DNA of 64,000 nt from the human T2T-CHM13v2.0 reference genome, Homo sapiens (GCF_009914755.1 NC_060928.1); one strand, 5' to 3'. Counted from the first letter of the stretch, positions 10,693-24,372 are shown. Translations and numbers: made by a program. Notes: generated by a model from the sequence alone, not told the origin.

Positions 10693-13600
10693 ATACCTAT
10701 ATAGAGAGATGAAGCAGGAGCAAGAAGATTATTAATAGTTGGTGTGTATAGGCAAGGGTATACCAATGTTCACTATACATTTCTTTAATTTTTGTGTGGA
10801 TTTGAAATTTTTCAAAATAAGAAAAATAGTATCTATGGGAATCAAGGGAAAATATTTTTCCCTTCACTTTTTATGCCTGTTGTCCTCTACACTTAGTAAT
10901 TATTTCATGACATGAAAGCCCTGCTTTGATTTGTTAGCTTTGTCCTATGTATGGAGCTTAGTTCTGAAGACTTAGACTCACCCTATTACTTTGCAGGTGA
11001 TCAGGATGTTGTAGAGACAGTGAGTTTAGATTTCTAGGACATATTTTCTTTTGGGACTCTTCTTTGATTAATATGTGAAGTGACTGCAAGGGACCTTGTG
11101 AAGGTCTTGGTTCTTGTTATTCCCTGCAGCTGCAAGAGCGGGTTCCAGAAGGCCAGGGAAGAAATGCGGTAAATACATGGTACATTCCTTGTGGCTCAGC
11201 AGAAGGACTGAAAGATCCCTGGAACAAGTAGGAAAGAAATACCTTGAGACTTTTTACATGCACGTCTGTTACAGCCATCATGTCAGTGCATTTTATAGCA
11301 TTTTGTCCGCCTCCTTTCAAAGACAGATTTTGGCAGTCTCGGCATGGTAGTCATGCATTTTCAACTACCTGCATGGGGCATCTCTACCATCTCAAGATGG
11401 TAGAGAGAAAAAAATTGGGGGGTGGGGTAGTGGTGGGGAGGATCATCTTCTCTTAAATTTTATTTCTCCAAAGATAAGAAAAAACTCAAATCATAACTTT
11501 GTAGTTATATACCTTTTGAAAAAACTGATCGGTAAGGAACTATTTTATTAAACAATTGTTGAATGAAAGAGGAGAAGGTGTGGTGCTATAAGATTCTTTG
11601 CTAAATGGAGTTTTTATATTAAAATTATGGATACAAATATTAGGTGATTTTATTAATTGAATCCCTGCTATGTGCTTCCTTTTAATATAATAACTTGACA
11701 TTAAGAAAATTCTGTCCTTAAGAAACTCAAGAATACATTAGTGACTCTATCTTAATCATTTTAATGTTTCTATAAAGGGAGAATATCTGACTTTTATGTT
11801 TTTACTGAGTTTGAGAAGTATTTGGGGGATTATAATTCTCATAAGCGTCTTTGACTTCCAGTTTTCCTTCTCCTAAGAGCAGTGACATAGCAGATTGAAG
11901 ATTAATGATGGTCTGAAGGGAGCTGGGATATGCACATTGTATTCAATGTCATTGAAGAAATGTGCTTTGAGTATCCACCATGTACCAGGCATGGTGCCAA
12001 TGCAGATAAAAATGCAAGAAAGGCCATTTCACAGAATCTATTTGTTGACTGTCAATGACACAAGAACATGTATTTGGAGGCGCTTGGCTATTTTTGCTGG
12101 GTTGGTCTTCATGGATGGACATTACTATTCTCTTTCTGTTTTAAATCCATAGACAAGAAAGCCCTGACCAACCCCTTCTTGGACTATTCCAATTTTGTCT
12201 CACATAATTTATTGGGGAAAATGAGTTCCATATGTTTAATAAAGTTGTTCCAGAACTACCTCCTTTCTGGCTCATGTTTAGTATTTTGGGATTTGGTGGC
12301 TGTGTTTATGGTCAACAAAAGCATGATCTTCATCACTTTTATGTCTTCTTTAACACATACCTCTTCAACTATTCTGTCTTTCAGATGTAAAAATCTTTGC
12401 CTTCTTACTTCATCATCATTTTCTCTTTAAACTTATGTGAGGGGGTAGACAATCCTGAATACCATTAGGATTTACCCTAACCCTGTTTTCCATGGAAAAG
12501 AATATGTAAACTTCCATTAGGAAGTATGTGAAAGAAACTTTCCTTTAAATAAAAATGTGTAAGTGTTTAGAATTGCCCTTGCAAAGCTCTAAATCAATCA
12601 CCCAGGGCTAATACATCACTTGAGGAGATGGGCTAGTGGCATTCTCATGAACGATCACCTGTGATTACAGAGCTCTGGCTGGCCCAAGATTTTGCTCTCC
12701 TGTGGGATTTGACACCATTGATCATTTTAGTTTCCTGCATCAGCCATGCACAGAAAGTCTTAATGGGACAGTATGCAAAATGCATTCTCATTACATTTGT
12801 TCTCTTTCTGTTATCAATAACCCAAGGTCATTTTAATATTCTTAATCATTTCTCTCTGAAGAGTATGCCTTTTAGAGCCACATGGCTTACCTTTCAGAAG
12901 AAATGATTCAGAACAAGAAGTTAGGTTTTAATTTTGAGATATTTAGACAAGGATGGACTTAGGCAATTGTGGAGGCTTTCACTCTTCTTTGCCAGCAGGT
13001 TTCACGTCCATTTTTCCTTCCCAGTCGCTCCTTTGAAACCTTTATTTCAAGCCAACAGTAGAGTTTTATGTATGAATTTTAAAAATTACTTTTCCATTTA
13101 ACATATTTTAATTTTTTTGATGTTACTTTCTGTTTGTTTTACTATCATTTAAATAGTTTTATTTCATTCAATAAATGTGCCCTCATGTAATCCCTTGTGG
13201 TTGGACATCACTTTTCACTATTCACTTCTGTAATAGCATTGAAATGAACATTCCTGTAGTGAAAACTTTCAAGATATTCATGATAATTTCCTTAGGTCAA
13301 ATTCTTGGATATGAAATTATTATGTCAAAAATAGGCACATCATTAAGTCTTCTTATACAAGTTATGAAGCATTATGATGTGAGAATCACATTTCCTCTCA
13401 CCCTCTGCAAAATTAGATATTATAATAATCTGCTTGAATATGATGTATTGAACTCTCATTGATTATATCCGTATTTCTTTGATTATTGTAAGTTTGGAAT
13501 TTTTAGCAGATTTTTGGTTTCTATTGTTTTATCTTGAAAAATACCCAATACAGTGATAAATCAGGGCCTGAAGTGTCATAATTTATAAGCTTACTTGCTG

Positions 13601-14164
13601 ATGTCCAAGGAATAGCTTTTTTCAGTGCACAGAGTTTTAAGGATGTAAAATGTTCAAATAAATGCTTTCTAGTCGCACACTAATTCCTGTCTCCCTTCCA
13701 GGGTGAGATTGATTGATATTGCTTAAGTTAATATCAATGTAAATGCATCTGTTTAAACCCATCCCTTAATGTCTTTGAATTTTCTTTTTGCATTTGATGT
13801 CAAATGAATATATTCTTTAATTATTGATGAATAGTGACTGAGATGGCTAAAGTTAAGGGAGAAATCAATCATTTAATGTTTATTGGGCCCACTGGATAGT
13901 TGGATGTATATTAGACCTCTCCCAGCAGGCAATGACGGTGGACCGTACCCAAGAGTCCAGAGCCATAAAGTGAATTCCTTTCAGCATTTCATAGATAAAC
14001 CATGCAGCGTACTCAGAAAAACACGGGCTAATCTTTTTTTCCTTGATCTCTCTCCTGTGTCACTATATCTCCAGCTCTATCTTTCACTTCTACTCTTTTC
14101 CTCTTACCTTATCAATTTTTTTCTCCTCACTCATATTTCCTTCCTCTGTCATTGTATAATGTGT

Positions 14165-14335
14165 TTTGAAAAGAGAGGATTTTAAACGTTCTCATCACAA
14201 AGAAATGATAAATATGTGAGGTCATATGGAGTGTAATCATTTAACAATGTATACATGTACCAAAACATCACATTGTACCCTATAAGTATATACAATTATT
14301 ATTTGTCAATTAAAAATAAAAGAAAATAAAAAGAA
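14165..14335 (+). mobile_element. L1MA 3' end fragment
   Basis: gttctcatcacaaagaaatgataaatatgtgagg..aaaacatcacattgtaccctataa..gtcaattaaaaataaaag with A-rich tail. Confidence 0.8.
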
Positions 14336-14755
14336 GTATTCATTAATCTTCCCTCCATATTTTGTTTTGTTTTTTCCTATCTTAATTTATGGACAAGATC
14401 ACACCAAATCACTTCTACAGGGAAGGGGTGTGATAAGAAAGAAGTCTCCTCCTGGCTTTGAGTTTCAAAGAGTAGAAGAGTTGCTGCATACCCTTACCAA
14501 CATTTGGTGTTGTTTTACCAATCTTGTGGGTGTGAAATGTGATATTTTTAATTGTAATTTTATTTATTTGATTATAAGTGAAGTTGATTCTTAGGAATTG
14601 TTTACATAGTCTAGATATTTTATTAATCCTTTCTTAGTTACTATTATAGACTGCGCGTTTATGTTAAGGACAAATCTTGCTTAAATCTGAGAGCAAAGTA
14701 GGTGATAAAGAGAAAAGCATATACGACAACAGCATGAAGTATGTTCACACACTAT

Positions 14756-14791
<36 letters not shown>
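14756..14791. repeat. (CA)n(TA)n compound microsatellite
   Basis: Seen directly. Confidence 0.9.
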
Positions 14792-15706
14792 GCAGTGCAT
14801 AGGTAAAGATTAAATAATTATAATAAAATGAACAACCATATGCCCACCACTCAGTCTGAGAAATAAAATACTTCTGGTAATTTGAAAATTATCAAATTGT
14901 CCTCCCCCTCAATTACACTCAGAGGAGTAATTTTCTGTAAATAATTCCCATAGTTTTCTTCATATCACAATGAACATGTATTTGTGTATTCCCAGATACA
15001 GCGCTTGGTTATGCCAATTTTTGAATATGCCTCACTTCACCCAGTGGACTCTGCATTCAAATTTTCTGGGCTTGAGATCCCAGTTCATCACCTTGGTAGG
15101 AAGCTATATCAACTTGGGAAATTTATTTCTTCTGTTCAGTCATAATTTCCTCATCCATAAAACGCTAACAGTAACTGTACACAGCTCATATCATTCTTGT
15201 GGGATTAAATTATATATATGGCACTTAGCCAAGAGCTTGGTAATAGTAAGCAATTTACATATTCACTATTATCATTATTATTACTATTATGATTACATTC
15301 TTCAGTGACTCATGCCTCATATTATGGTGATGTATGTGGCTATAGTTTGTCACTGCCATATAGTATTTCACTATATGTATATGCCATAACTGATGTATTC
15401 ATTTTAATGCTGATGGGCATTTGGACTGTTTCCAGAATTTGGCTATTATAAATATTACTGGTAAGAATATTTTTGTACAGGTCTTGTTGCACAAGGATGA
15501 GAGTTACTCTAAGATTTTAGGTTATATGCCCAAGAGTAGACCTGCTGGGCACATTCCTCTTTACTAGGGCACATATGCACATTCCTCTTTACTAGGTAGT
15601 GCCAAATAATTTTCTAAAGCAATTATACCAATTTATCTCCCCACTGGTATGTAGAAAAGTTGCTTCACAGTCTCACCAACACTTGATGTTGTCTTACTAA
15701 TCTTTT

Positions 15707-16333
15707 TGAAACTGCTACCTTGTCTGGTGTATATACCCTGGGGTTTGCTGTCTCGTGCCGAGAAAGAATTTAGGACATGGACACATGTGGGTGGGTTAAG
15801 GAATGGAAAGTTTAATAGACAGAAGAAAGGAGAGAGGAGAGCAACTCCTTGCAATAGAAAGAGAGAGAGAGGGAGAGAGAGAGAGAGACAGACGTCGGAA
15901 AAATGGGGGAGGTGGCAGACCACAGCAGATTTTATATGCAAGCTGAAGGCAGTGTCTGATTTATGTAGATTGGTTCCATCAGGTATGACGTTTACATGAA
16001 GCGTGGGGAAGGCTGGTTGCCTCATCCTAATCTTGTTATGCAAATGGGCTTTCCAGTGGATCAGGCCATTTTGTCTGCTCTTTACTGTACAGGTGGCTTA
16101 CAAAGAGAAGGGAAGATGGAGCCGCCATCTTGAATATGTCTAGTCCCTAGTTCCTGCCAGCATTTACCTGTGCAAGCTCCCAGCTTGCTTATCAATGTCT
16201 GCAGCTCGACTTTACAGGCTGCTCTTTGTTAGAAAATGATTTAACGCTGCTTTTCATTAAAGAGAAAAGCCTTACCAAGGACTCCCATGCCCTTACTATA
16301 TGCCCAAGTGATTTCTTCTTAACTTCTATATCA
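15707..16333 (-). mobile_element. ERV1 solo LTR (MER4 group; MER61/MER84-like)
   Basis: TG...CA termini, 4-bp TTTT TSD; minus strand begins TGATATAGAAGTTAAGAAGAAATCACTTGGGCA; subfamily uncertain. Confidence 0.8.
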
Positions 16334-16448
16334 TTTTGGGTGTGAAATGTGATCTCTTTTTTATTTTAATCTTATTTCTTTGATTACAAGTCAGGTTGAT
16401 TTATAGGAGCTGTTTACATAGTCTAGATATTAATCCTTTCTGATTTAC

Positions 16449-16827
16449 TGTTACAAACTGCATGTTTTTGTCTCCCGAAAATTTATGTGCTGAAGCCCTA
16501 GCTGCCACTGGGATGGTGTTAGGAAGTGGGGCCGTTGGGAGGTGATTAGGTGTAGGTAAGACCATGAGAGTCAAGCCTCCATCATGGATTAGTGTCTTTA
16601 TAGGAAGAGAAAGAGGCTAGAACACATTCTCTTCATCATGTGCAGATACAAGAGTAAGAATAAGGTGCCTGTCTGAAAACCAAGATGGGGGCCCTCATTG
16701 GAGACTGGATCTGCTGGCACCTTGCTCTTGGGCATCTCAGCATCTGGAACTGTGGGAAATCAATGTTTGTGGGTGAGGCCACTCACTGTATGGTATTCTA
16801 CTGTAGCATCCCACACTGACTAAGACA
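16449..16827 (+). mobile_element. MaLR solo LTR (MLT1A-like)
   Basis: tgttacaaactgcatgtttttgtctcc..tgaagcccta..gggaggtgattagg..actgactaagaca; 5-bp TSD (t/g)ttac. Confidence 0.88.
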
Positions 16828-16956
16828 GTTACTTATGTTGCAGTTGTTCATTCCTCCTTTGTGGCTTGTTTTTAAATTGTCAGTGGTAACTTTGGATGAA
16901 CAGAAGTTCTTAATTTCAATGTGGTTGAACTTATCAAATGTTTCCTTTACGGTAAG

Positions 16957-17441
16957 TTTCATGGCTAATTTTATGTGTCAACGTGAGGGTCATGAAGTGC
17001 CCAGACATTTGGTCAAGTATTATTCCGGGTGTGTCTGTGAGGGTGTTTCTGGATGAGGTTAGCATTGGAATTGGTAGGCTCAGCAAAACAATTGTCCTCC
17101 CTAATGTGGATGGGCCTCATCCAGTCAGTTGAGAGCCTGAATTGAACTAAAACGCTGATCCTCCCTTGAATAAGACAGAACTCCTCCAGCCTGCCTGCCT
17201 TGAGCTGGGACATTGGCTCTTTCCTTCCCTGGACTTGAACTGAAACATGAGCTCTTTCTGAATTCTAAGCCTGCTGGAATTTGGACTGAAACTACACCAT
17301 TAGCTCTTCTGAGACTTCAGCATGTAGATTGCAGATATTGGGATATTTCAGTTTCCATAATTGTGTGAGGCAATTCCTTATATCATCTTCCATATATACA
17401 TACATTCTATTGCTTCTGTTTCTCTGGAGAATCCTAATACA
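16957..17441 (+). mobile_element. ERVL solo LTR (MLT2-type)
   Basis: atggctaattttatgtgtcaac..tgcccagacatttggtcaa..gggcctcatccagtcagttgagagcctgaa..tctctggagaatcctaataca. Confidence 0.88.
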
Positions 17442-18506
17442 GTTAGCCTTTGTTTGGTCTTCTTTAGGAAATCATTTACTCCTCTAGGGTCCTACTGATA
17501 GTTTTCTATACTACCTTCTAAAAGTTTTATAGTTTTACCTTTCAAATAAAAGATTTTAATCTACCATAAATTAACTTCTGTACATGTTGGGAAGTATAGA
17601 TTAAATTTTATTCTTTTCTCTGTAATAACCAATTAATCTAGAACCTTTATTGAATGTTCCATCCTCTCTACACTGATCGGAAGTGCATGATCTTCCATAA
17701 ATTAAGTATATTTCTCTTTATGGGACTGTTTCTGCTTTCCATATTCCTTTAATCTGGGCTGTTTGCCTATCCTTGAACTATCTTAATTATTACAGTTTTA
17801 TAACAGAACTTGATATCTAGCAGGGCAAGTCCACCTACCTTCTTGTTATTTAACAAGTGTTTTGGCTTTTCCTGTTCCTTTACTATTTGAGATAAATTTT
17901 AGAATCAGCTTGCTTAACTTCCTGGAAAACTCTCTCGAGGTTTTAATCAGAATCACATGAAATCTACAGATGAATTTAGGTAAAATTTACTTTATTCGAA
18001 TATTGAATCTTCTTATTAAAAAATGTTGTATTGCTCCCTATATATTTAGGTTTTCTTTAATATCTTTCAACAACATTTTCTAATTTTCTTTATAATGGGC
18101 ATATCTGTGCTTTGTTAGGTTTGTTTTCCGGTACTTAATATTTTTTCTTGTGGTTGTAAATTATATCATTAAAATTATATTTTCTAACCAATTTTTGCTA
18201 GTATATTAAAACCAGTTATTCTATCCTAAAATCCTGGTAAACTTAAAAAAAATTCTAATAATCTATTAAATATTACTTTGTCTTCTTCCATACTGTCTCC
18301 AAATAAAGGCAGTATTTTGTTCAGATTTTTAAGAACTCTTTCTTGCCTTACTGTACTGGTTAACACTCCAGTAAAATGATGAATAGGAATGGTGAGAGCT
18401 GGCATCCTTGTCTTTACGTGACCTTAAAGGAAATGTTTTCAGCTTTACACTATGGATTTTAGGATTTTTGTAGTTGTTTTTATTAGGAAAATCTTCTTCT
18501 ATCCTG

Positions 18507-19900
18507 GTATAGCAGATTCAAAAGGGCTGAAAGTTCTTTGATAGTCCTCCTGCAAAGAGATGGGGTCGGTTTCTCCTACCCTAGAATCTGGATTGGTCTG
18601 TGACTGATCAACAGAGCACAACAAAGGTGACCCAAAGCTGGTTCTGAGCTTTGCCTTTAAGAAGGCTGGAAACATCCCCCCCAGGTCCCTTGGAGTTTTG
18701 GCCTTCTATGTAGAAATCCAAATATCCTGCTTGAAAGACCACATGGGAGAGAAGAGAGCTCCAGCTGAGTCCATCCTCCAGGTCATTTCTGCCAAGTGAG
18801 TGAAGCTGCCTTGTGTCCTCTGGCTCTGCTCACTGGCATCACCAGCTGAAAACCACTGAGTGACTCCAGTCAACACTACATGGAGTAGAAGAGCCATACA
18901 GCTGAGTTTTGTCTGAATTCCTGACATATAAAAATGTGAGATGTAATAAAGTGGTTGTTTATTAAGCCATTAATTTTTGGGGGAGTTTATACAGCAATAA
19001 AAAGCTGGCAGAGAATTTGGTAATGGGAAGGGGGTATCCCCATAAAAAGAAGTTAAAGCATGGCCTTTGCATCTAGGTAGTAAGTAAAAGCAGGAAAAAG
19101 CTTCCATGAAACTGTAAAACCAGAAAGCCCTCAAAGAGATTATTGTGAGGACTTTAAGGACAGTGAGAAAAATATGAGAAGCTAGGGGTCTTATTTTGTA
19201 ATGGTGGAAAGTTGGGTAACATTGTTACCTGCCACAGGATGGAAGTAGAAGGAGTTCCCAATGATCTCCTAGATCTTTCTGGGGAGATTTGCATGAAAAA
19301 TATAAAAAGTGCCAACTTGGGTTTTTATTTGCCACTGATGAAGTAGGAGAAGAGGGAGGTAAACCAAAGAATGAACTGTTCATATTCTCAAGTTTTTTGG
19401 GTGTATCTCATAGACCCTCTCGGATAAACAATAGGATTTTTAATTGTCTTGACAGCATTGACCCAAGATAGAGAGTAGCATGTCTCAAAAAGATCATGAG
19501 TGCTCTTTTATCTAATAGGTGAATCCCAATGAAATTCATAGAAAATCCACAAAGTTTTTAATGGAGATTATATTGATGGAACCGACAAAGAAGACTAGAA
19601 GAGACAGAGCTAGTGCAAAGTAAAAACAGGCCTTTGGTTCCCCAACTTTCTATGTGCACGAAGCAGACTGAGAGGCTACTAAGTTGCAACCTCAGGCCAT
19701 TTCTTATGGAAAAGAAAGGATGACTCAGAGAGCAGAACCCAGCACTTAGCTCAGAGGACGGAGCCAAGGGAAACATTCTGAAGGAGAAGGGTTGATGGGA
19801 GTGGTGAATAACTGGTCCCTTTACTTTGCACGTCTTTAGGTCCAGAGGAACTATATTGAAAAAATGTACTGAAGAAGCCTCATCTATTGATTTAGCTCTA
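18507..19900 (+). mobile_element. Old MaLR LTR (MLT1G/H-like, to ~19010) followed by probable internal sequence
   Basis: ccctagaatctggattgg..cagctgagtccatcctcc..aattcctgac..taataaagtggttgtttattaagcc, then cagagaatttggtaatgg typical of an MaLR internal start. Confidence 0.6.
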
Positions 19901-20117
19901 TCATTTTGTTATTTATTCCTATTTGTTTGCTTTGTTTTTTGCCTCTGTTTCTCTTTGGCTGTTTATCCTCTTCATTATTCTGTTCGGATCACCTTGTGAA
20001 TGCTTTAATATAGATATTTTAAATTTAATTTAGGTCTGTTATTTCCATTTGTTTCCTTTTTATATTTTCTAGTTTTTTACTGAGATTTCCTTTATTTCAT
20101 TGTGAGTATATTTTCTT

Positions 20118-21125
20118 TTTTTTTAGTTTTTATTTCCATAGTTTTTGGGATAAAGTTGGTTTTGGTTACATGGAAAAGTGTTTTAGTGGTGATTTCTGGG
20201 ATTTTGGTGCACTCAACACCTGAGCAGTGTACACTATACCCAAATATGTAGTCTTTTATCCCTCACCTCTCTTTCCCCTCAAGTCCCTGAAGTCCCTTAT
20301 ATCACTCTTATGCCTTTGCATCCTCATAGCTTAGTTTCCACTTATAAATGCGAACATATGGGATTTTGTTTTCCATTCCTGAATTACTTCACTTAGAATA
20401 ATGGCCTGTAGCTCCATTCAAGCTGCTTCAAAAAACTTTATTTCATTCCTTTTTATGGCTGAGTAGTATTCCATAGTGTATATATACCACATTTTCTTTA
20501 TTCACTTGTTGGTTGATGGGCACTTAGGTTGGTTCCATACTTTTGCAATTGTGAATTGCGCTGCTATAAACATGTGTGTGCATGTGTTTTTTTCATATAA
20601 TGACTTCTCTTCTTCTGGGTGGATACCCAGTAGTAGGATTGCTGGATTGAATGGTAGATCTTCTTTTAGTTCTTTGAGGAGTCTCCGCACTGCTTTCCAT
20701 AGTGGTTGTACCAGTTTACATTCCCACCAGCAGTGTAAAAGTGCTCCCTTTTCACCATACCCATGCCAACATCTATTGTTTTTTAATTTAATTATGGCTA
20801 TCCTTGCAGGAGTAAGGTGGTATCTCATTGTGGTTTTGATTTGCATTTCCCTGATCATTAGTGATGCTGAGCATTTTTTGGTATGTTTGTTGGTTGTTTG
20901 TATATCTTCTTTTGAGAATTGTCTGTTCATGTCCTTAGCCCACTTTTTGATGGGATTGTTTGCTTTTTTCTTGCTGATTTGTTTGAGTTTCTTATAGATT
21001 CTGGATATTAGTTCTTTGCTGGTTGCATAGTTTGTGAATATTTTGTCCCATCCTTGGGTTGTCTGTTTGCTGATTATTATTATTATTATTTTTTGCTGGC
21101 AGAAGCTTTTTAGTTTAATTGGGTC
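20118..21125 (-). mobile_element. 5'-truncated L1PB (L1PB1-like)
   Basis: Minus ORF 20502-20930 is the ORF2p C-terminus ([26 protein letters not shown]); L1PB-type 3' UTR; degenerate TSD att(g/a)tgag(t/g)a(t/c)attttctttt at ~20100 and ~21126. Confidence 0.9.
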
Positions 21126-21816
21126 ATTATGAGGACATTTTCTTTTGCCTCATTGAGGTAGTTATGGTAGTTGCTTAAAACACTTGTTTATTAAATCCTA
21201 TATTTGGATCTTATGTCTCAGAATTGGTCTCCATTGATTGCCTTTTCCCTTGATACTGAGTCACATTTTACTGTTTTTAAAACAATATTTTGAATAATTT
21301 TGGATTATATCCTGGAAAATTTGAGAAGATTGTTAATTTTTTTTGTCATGTTCCTTTAAAGAAGAGAGTTGATATATACTTTTTTGGTAGGCAATTAATT
21401 TGTTCAGACTAAAATTGCATACTGTGTTCTTTGGAAGCAGCTAAAATATAATTTTAATTTTTCCCCTCTTATCTGGAATGTTCACAGTCTTCCTTACACA
21501 TACATGGTACAAGGGGTAGCCAGATACTTGAACAAAACAGTTTATACACAGAATTTGGAATTCCTAACCCTTGGCTTTCATCTTTTCTGTCTTTCTACTT
21601 ATTTTTCAGTGACTTTGTTTCCCTCCACTCTTTTTTTCTGGAACTTCCTGTTGTATATTATGTAGGATTTCATCATTTTAGCTGCCCAGTGACGGCAGCT
21701 TTCCACAGGCTGAAAGAAAAATACATCAGTAATCTCATTCTATTCTGATCCCTTCTCTCCTCCAGAATATTCTTGCTTCTGTTTATTCTCCAAATACTTC
21801 AGGTCATCGGTTTTGA

Positions 21817-22112
21817 TTTTTTTTTTTTTTTTTGGCAGAGTCTTGCTCTGTGGCCCAAGCTGGAGTGCAGTGGTGCAATCTCAGCTTACTGAAGCCTCCA
21901 CCTGTCAGGTTCAAGCAATTCTAGTGCCTCAGGCTCCTGAGTAGCTGGGACTACAGGTATGTGCCACTACACCCAGCTAATTTTTGTATTTTTAGTAGAG
22001 ACGGGGTTTCACCATGTTGACCAGGCTGGTCTCAATTGCTGGCCTCACATGATCTGCCCGCCTCAGTCTCCCAAAGTGCTGGGATTACAGAAGTGAGCCA
22101 CCACACCCAGCC
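21817..22112 (-). mobile_element. Alu (old S type), full length
   Basis: Reverse-complement dimer with T tail; flanking AGGTCAT repeats. Confidence 0.93.
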
Positions 22113-24372
22113 AGGTCATTGGGTATTATATTTTGTTCAGGATATATAAGTGCTATCTGCAGAAGGTCATTTATTAACAGTTTATTCAGTTATACTAGAA
22201 GTAGAACTCTCAAAAGTCCTTTTTTTTTTCCTGCTGGTTAATCAATGTAGTTGCCAATTTTAATTTTAATTACTCTCTTCTTTTCTTCATTTCTAGAAAT
22301 TCTAGTTGGTTCATTTTTTGAATCTGCTTTTTCCTTGATAGTATTTTTTGTTTCAATTTTACTTTTTTCAAAAAAGTTGTTGAAAATATTTTATAATTTA
22401 TCAACAACTCTCTAAATATAATCACATATGAAGAATGATTAATAAAAAATTAAGTAGCAAGCATAAACCAAGTTATGGAAAAAGGCAATATTGTTAGTGT
22501 GAATTGAAAACTCCCCAAAGAGATTTAGTGGAACAAAATTCCTGCACTATTTATTGACTTTAGTTTCCTGGAGAGCTTGCAAAAATATCTCCTGGGGAAG
22601 TTAGTGAACAAGGCTTTGGGAATAGGGCTTACCAAAACTGGGGCATTTGGTAGGGATGTGGTATGAGTCAGGTGTTGTTCATCCAGCAAGAATATAGTTA
22701 AAGAACTGGGCTGCTCTGAAGTTTCTCTTTTAAGTTCACATTGGTCAACCTTCAGCTCTCAGAAGTAGCTCAAAGTAGAATATTTCTATTGGATAAAATA
22801 AGTGTGGTCAGCTGAATCAACATCTCACCTTATAAAGAGGAGCATAAACTTCCATCAGGACATGGTCCAGGCAAGTCATAGGCAGATAAAAAATGGGCAG
22901 GCTCACCTAATTATTGTCCACTTAAAGAAGGTTCAACAAGAGGCCGTCTTGTGGATGGCAGCCCTCAACATTTCTGTCTTTTGAAGTCAATGAGGACAGA
23001 TCACCTCTGGAGTGGTGCATAGTTTTTACCCTGGCAATCTCCTCTACCTCTCATTCTCATCCAGTTTCTGGAAGATTGCTTCAGTTTTAGCTTCCAAACC
23101 TTCTACTAATTTTTAAAAATGTCTATCATGTTACATTATCTAAGAGCTCTCTTTTTAATCTCTGAATGACCCCTTTTATCATATCTCTTTTGTTAGCATT
23201 CAGAGAATATTAATGGTAGGTTTCTGTCTTTGAAATTTTATTCTCCTTGCATAGTCTCTATTTGTCTTGTCTTTTTCTGTTTGCTTGTTTATTTGCTTAT
23301 TTGTTGTGGTCTCTGTCATTTGTATCAGAAGGTTAGTATGCCCTTCTCTGCCCTCCCCTACCCGAACACTGTACTTGCCAATTTCTCTCTGCTTTTCTAG
23401 CTAATATCTGCAGATTTCTATTCATATGTGCCCTTTAGATTAGGTGTTTCCAGATGGCCCTTTGTAAAATTATCGCTCCTCCTCCCCTACTGCATTGGGC
23501 TGCACTTCCCACTCCTCCTCTTTATTTTTCTCCATTTTATTTACCCCCATTAAATACATTCCATATTTTATTATTTATTTGTTAATTGCTCATCTCTTTG
23601 ATTAGAATTTAAGCTCAATGAGGGCAGTAATCAAGCAGAAAGTCTATGCTTTATTGATTTTTATGTTCCCATAACCTAGAAGAGTACCTGAAACATAATA
23701 GGAACTCCCTAAATATTTGTTGAATTCTGTCAGACACTGTGCTAAAGACTTGACATATATTTTATCACTTAATATTCTTAAAAGTGCTTTATTTGTTTAT
23801 TCAATTAAAATTAATTATTTATTGTTATACCCCTCTCTCATACAGAAAATGTGAGGTTTGGAGATATTAAATAATTTATCTAAAGTCAATAAACTCGTAG
23901 AATACTATATTTGAATATATCTTAACATCAGAGAGTTATTACTAAATATTTGACATATTGTCATCTCATGGAAATAAACTTCTATAATGGTTAATTTATA
24001 AGGCTGAGTGTTTCCGTTTTACAGGTACTCACTCAAGTTCATTGGAATGGGAAGATCTCTAAAAGTTATGCATAGTTTATATTCAGAAACTATCAAATGG
24101 GTTGAAGAATACAGCTTGCCAGAGAAGGACCTGAAATATGACCAGAGAAACACAAAATATAAGAGCTGGAGAAAGTCTAAGGGATCTTCCAGTCTAATTC
24201 CCATTGCAAGTTTTTAAGTTTGTCCTGACATAGGGAGGGTTTGCTGGTATAGCACATATTCTGCTAGGATGTTGAATTTCTATGCAGGATGTAAAATGGA
24301 GTAAACAATATGAAGAGTAAGCTTTTGAGAAAAGTAATAGATTGTGATAATGATTAAAAGAAACAGAAAAAT

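Larger units (their letters stand above)
14800..18500 (-). mobile_element. Old L1ME fragments interrupted by three LTRs
   Basis: Reverse L1M motifs (gatgggcatttggactgtttccag..ttggctattataaatattactg, gatgaacagaagttcttaatttcaatgtggt, aaattttagaatcagcttg, gaataggaatggtgagagctggcatccttgtc). Confidence 0.7.
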
